Shown piece after piece: positions 38,362-40,715 of a stretch of 40,715 nucleotides of DNA (positions within the stretch are counted from its first letter, which is position 1; every line of letters starts with the position of its first letter). Source of the DNA: Spirogloea muscicola (taxonomy: Eukaryota). Where the stretch lies: the NCBI GenBank assembly GCA_009602725.1, contig WELB01000017.1:960760-1001474 (forward strand), in the 5' to 3' direction. Under the pieces are notes generated by a model. That model had not been told where the DNA came from. It was given only the letters and a program-made list of their open reading frames with translations, and made no database searches. Made by a program: the position numbers and the translations under genes.

Positions 38362-38637
38362 CAGCTGCATATCTGTCGCTCTTGCGACGTCGAGTTTCGG
38401 CCTGTTTTGCAGCGTGCTCAGGCTAGTGCCTTGCACCAGAAAGCTGGGCGAGCTCTAGTAGGTGGCAGAAGGGCTCCGTTCCTGGCATCTAGTATTCATG
38501 CATCGAGTAGTGACCTTTATGTTTTGACCCGTGGTTATTGAGCGGGTCAATCTGCTGTAGGTTATGTAGATTTTTAGATGTGCTTGCCTTTGTACCTGGC
38601 CATTTGGCCTACATTTCTTTCTAATACACGATCTCTT
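38362..38637 (+). mobile_element. Subfamily A copy on the + strand (near-identical inverted copy of 39675-39949)
   Basis: AAYLSLLRRRVSAC(frameshift)LQRAQASALHQKAGRAL and the same 3' end CTAATACACGATCTCTT. Confidence 0.7.
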
Positions 38638-38699
38638 TCAAAGGGCGGAGGGCTGCAAGAAACAGCCCACAAATAATAAACAAGGTCCAAACGAACAGC

Positions 38700-39140
38700 T
38701 CATTCAAAGTAAGGCTATGGCTGTGAGAGGCCAGCCCAAAAGATTGGACAAGGTCCAAAGGCTTGAGGTCCAAAGGGCCGGAAAGCGCTAAATGCAGCTG
38801 TGCATGTACCACGAAGGATGGTGGCTCAGTACCCCTTCTTAGCAATCGCAAGTCAGAAACAACGGCGACCGGTAAGGAACACAGTCCCCCTGCCAACAGT
38901 CAGAGGCGCAGCTAGAGCAGGGTCAGCTCGCAGGCGGAAGGCGTGGGCCATGAACAGAAGGGAACGAGGAGAGCCGCATGCAATACACTTGAAGTAGCGA
39001 GCCAGCGACGTTGTCCGCATGGCGAACAATGTCTTCCGTTGGCCTGCTCGCCGTGCCGCCGTCGGGAGAATGGCCGAAACAACTCATTCAAAGCCGAGGC
39101 GACTGCTGCAGCAATATCGACAGGCGCATGCAATGAAAGG
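38700..39140 (-). mobile_element. Diverged, frameshifted subfamily B' copy
   Basis: ALNELFRPFSRRRHGEQ / AGSLLQVYCMRLSSF / MAHAFRLRADPALAA aligns to B (ARRLHGE..AGSLAQVYRMRLAVSLQRSMARALHLRAGRALAA). A hairpin lies downstream at 38719-38737. Confidence 0.6.
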
Positions 39141-39252
39141 AAGTGCTCGCACATAGAAGAGAGGGGCTGGCAAAGCCAGCCCAAAAAGAATGGACAATGT
39201 TTAAAGTCAAAGGAAGAAGTGGCACTCCCAATGGGGGCAAGGGCTGTGAAAA

Positions 39253-39622
39253 AGAGAGTGCTCGCCCATTGAGGATAGGGGCTGGAAAAGCCAGCCCAAA
39301 AAAGAATGAACAGAGTACGAGAAGGGGGCCAGGGGAAGCGCTAAGAGAAACAAGCACACAAAGAAACAAAGCAGCTACGAATCACTCAGTAACCCCTGTC
39401 AAGCAGCCGTAGATCAGAGATGCTAGGCTCCTGGAAGTGGGTCCCCTGGCCAGAGCCAGAGGCAGCAGCGAGGGCTCTGCCAGCCATAGACCTCTGCAGC
39501 GAGACGGGCAGGCGCATACGATACACTTGCGCCAGCGACCCGGCTGCAGGAAAGTCTACCGGCTCCCCATGGAGGCGACGGGCGATGGTGTGGCGGGCGA
39601 GCTGGGTGAGCAGCTCGAGCAG
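39253..39622 (-). mobile_element. 5'-truncated non-LTR retrotransposon 3' end, subfamily B copy 1 (RLE/CRE-like)
   Basis: Open frame LLELLTQLARHTIARRLHGEPVDFPAAGSLAQVYRMRLPVSLQRSMAGRALAA...LLDRGY* (stop 39388-39386), then a 3'UTR with the hairpin at 39279-39297 and a pyrimidine tail. Flanked by GCTGTGAAAA direct repeats. Confidence 0.7.
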
Positions 39623-39631
39623 CTGTGAAAA

Positions 39632-40129
39632 GGAGAAAGTGCTCGCCCATTGAGAATAGGGGCTGGAAGAAGAGAAGAGATCGTGTATTAGAAAGAAATG
39701 CAGGCCAAATGGCCAGGTACAGAGGCAAGCACATCTAAAAATCTACATAACCTGCAGCAGATTGACCCGCTCAATAACCACGGGTCAAAACATAAAGGTC
39801 ACTACTCGATGCATGAATACTAGATGCCAGGAACGGAGCCCTTCTGCCACCTACTAGAGCTCGCCCAGCTTTCTGGTGCAAGGCACTAGCCTAAGCACGC
39901 TGCAAACAGGCCAAAACTTGTCGTCGCAAGAGCGACAGATATGCAGCTGGCAAGCCCATCTCAGCCGGAAACACATCTGCACGTCGAGTGTAGCCTAGAT
40001 TGGCAATGTTTTTTGGGCTGGAAGAGCTAGCCCAAAAAAGAATGAACAGAGTACGAGAAGGGGGCCAGGGGAAGCGCTAAGAAAAACAAGCACACAAAGA
40101 AACAAAGCAGCTACGAATCACTCAGTAAG
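39632..40129 (-). mobile_element. Subfamily B copy 2 (3'UTR only), interrupted by a subfamily A insertion
   Basis: 39640-39670 joined to 40026-40129 reconstitutes the 3'UTR at 39259-39392 almost base for base. Confidence 0.7.
39671..40014 (-). mobile_element. 5'-truncated non-LTR retrotransposon 3' end, subfamily A, with 11-bp TSD
   Basis: Translates KNIANLGYTRRADVFPAEMGLPAAYLSLLRRQVLACLQRA*ASALHQKAGRALVGG and ends ...CTAATACACGATCTCTTCTCT. Flanked by GGGCTGGAAGA at 39660-39670 and 40015-40025. Confidence 0.72.
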
Positions 40130-40477
40130 AAGAAAGTGCTCGCCCATTGAGAATAGGGGCTGGAACAACCAGCCCGAAAAAGAATGAACAGAGTACGAGA
40201 ACCCCGGTCAGTAACCCCGGTCAAGCAGCCGCCGATCAGAGATGCTAGGCTCCTGGAAGTAGGTTCCCTGGCCAGAGCCGAGGGCTCTGCCAGCACGAAG
40301 GTGCAGCGCGCGGGCCATAGACCTCTGCAGCGAGACGGCCAGGCGCATACGATACACTTGCGCGAGCGACCCGGCTGCAGGAAAGTCTACCGGCTCCTCA
40401 TGGAGGCCGCGCTTCCTCCTCGATTTACAGCCATGGAGGCGACGGGCGATGGTGTGGCGGGCGAGCTGGGTGAGCAG
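40130..40477 (-). mobile_element. Subfamily B copy 3
   Basis: 90-codon open frame LLTQLARHTIARRLHG...GSLAQVYRMRLAVSLQRSMARALHLRAGRALG...LLDRGY* (40477-40208), a partly deleted 3'UTR, the hairpin at 40157-40175, and tail CACTTTCTTCTT. Confidence 0.7.
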
Positions 40478-40486
40478 CTGTGAAAA

Positions 40487-40715
40487 GCCAGAACGAAAAG
40501 ACTTGACAAAGTAAGAGGAGCCGGACGAGGACTACAAGGCACCTGGGCGACGGAGGCTGCCGCGAAGGTGAGGCTCTGCCGAAGGCCGACCCGACGAAGC
40601 GGACGAGGACGTCTAGAAGGCACACCTTCCTGAGCAGCGCCGAGCGGATAAGGCCGCCCGCCGCCGCCGCCGCTGCGGCACCGGCGGCGCCTGGCCCGCG
40701 GCACGGCGGTGGAGG
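40487..40715 (-). mobile_element. Probable host element into whose 3' hairpin the B copies inserted; its extreme 3' end resumes at ~39252-39212
   Basis: Begins LHRRAAG (compare ALHLRAG/ALHQKAG). Joining 39236-39252 to 40487 onward gives GGGCTGTGAAAAGCCAGAACGAAAAGACTTGACAAAGT, a degenerate hairpin consensus. The remainder ends GCCACTTCTTCC on the - strand. Confidence 0.45.

Noticed and set aside
38362..39949. Inverted repeats as TIRs of a 1.6-kb MULE/foldback DNA transposon
   Set aside because: No TSD outside the arms. The right arm extends further and has its own TSD, and both arms carry a retroelement-like ORF tail and 3' end, so they are independent insertions.
37670..40175. CRISPR-like array of palindromic repeats
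   Set aside because: Irregular spacing, mixed orientation, spacers homologous to each other, no cas genes, eukaryotic context.
37670..40175. Helitron 3' ends
   Set aside because: The hairpins are not followed by CTRR termini, and TSDs are present, which Helitrons do not make.
1..40715. tRNA, rRNA or snRNA genes
   Set aside because: None recognised by eye; a covariance-model scan would be needed to exclude small ncRNAs.

Overview
Eukaryotic, intron-rich green-lineage DNA. The land-plant-like orthologues and GC-rich (GCC)n first exons point to a streptophyte alga, though this is an inference. The draft assembly has one ~980-nt N gap and two single Ns. Genes reconstructed by hand from splice sites: AFG1/ZapE-like ATPase (+); S28 prolyl carboxypeptidase (-, in-frame TGA at codon 9); exportin-5/HASTY (+); SDG41-like SET protein (-); CAAX/CPBP intramembrane protease (+); FSD3-like Fe-SOD (-); a TsaD/GCP1 gene broken off after 3 exons and abutting the SOD (-); and an ANTH clathrin-assembly protein (+). 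The main discovery candidate is the last ~3.1 kb, a nest of 5'-truncated fragments from several subfamilies of what look like restriction-like-endonuclease (RLE, CRE-like) non-LTR retrotransposons. Most share a 3'-terminal GGGCTG-loop-CAGCCC hairpin and a CTTCTT-like tail. Several are inserted, with 10-11 bp target duplications, into that same hairpin of a relative, which suggests elements that target their own family's 3' end. Exon coordinates are hand-read and may be off by a few bases.
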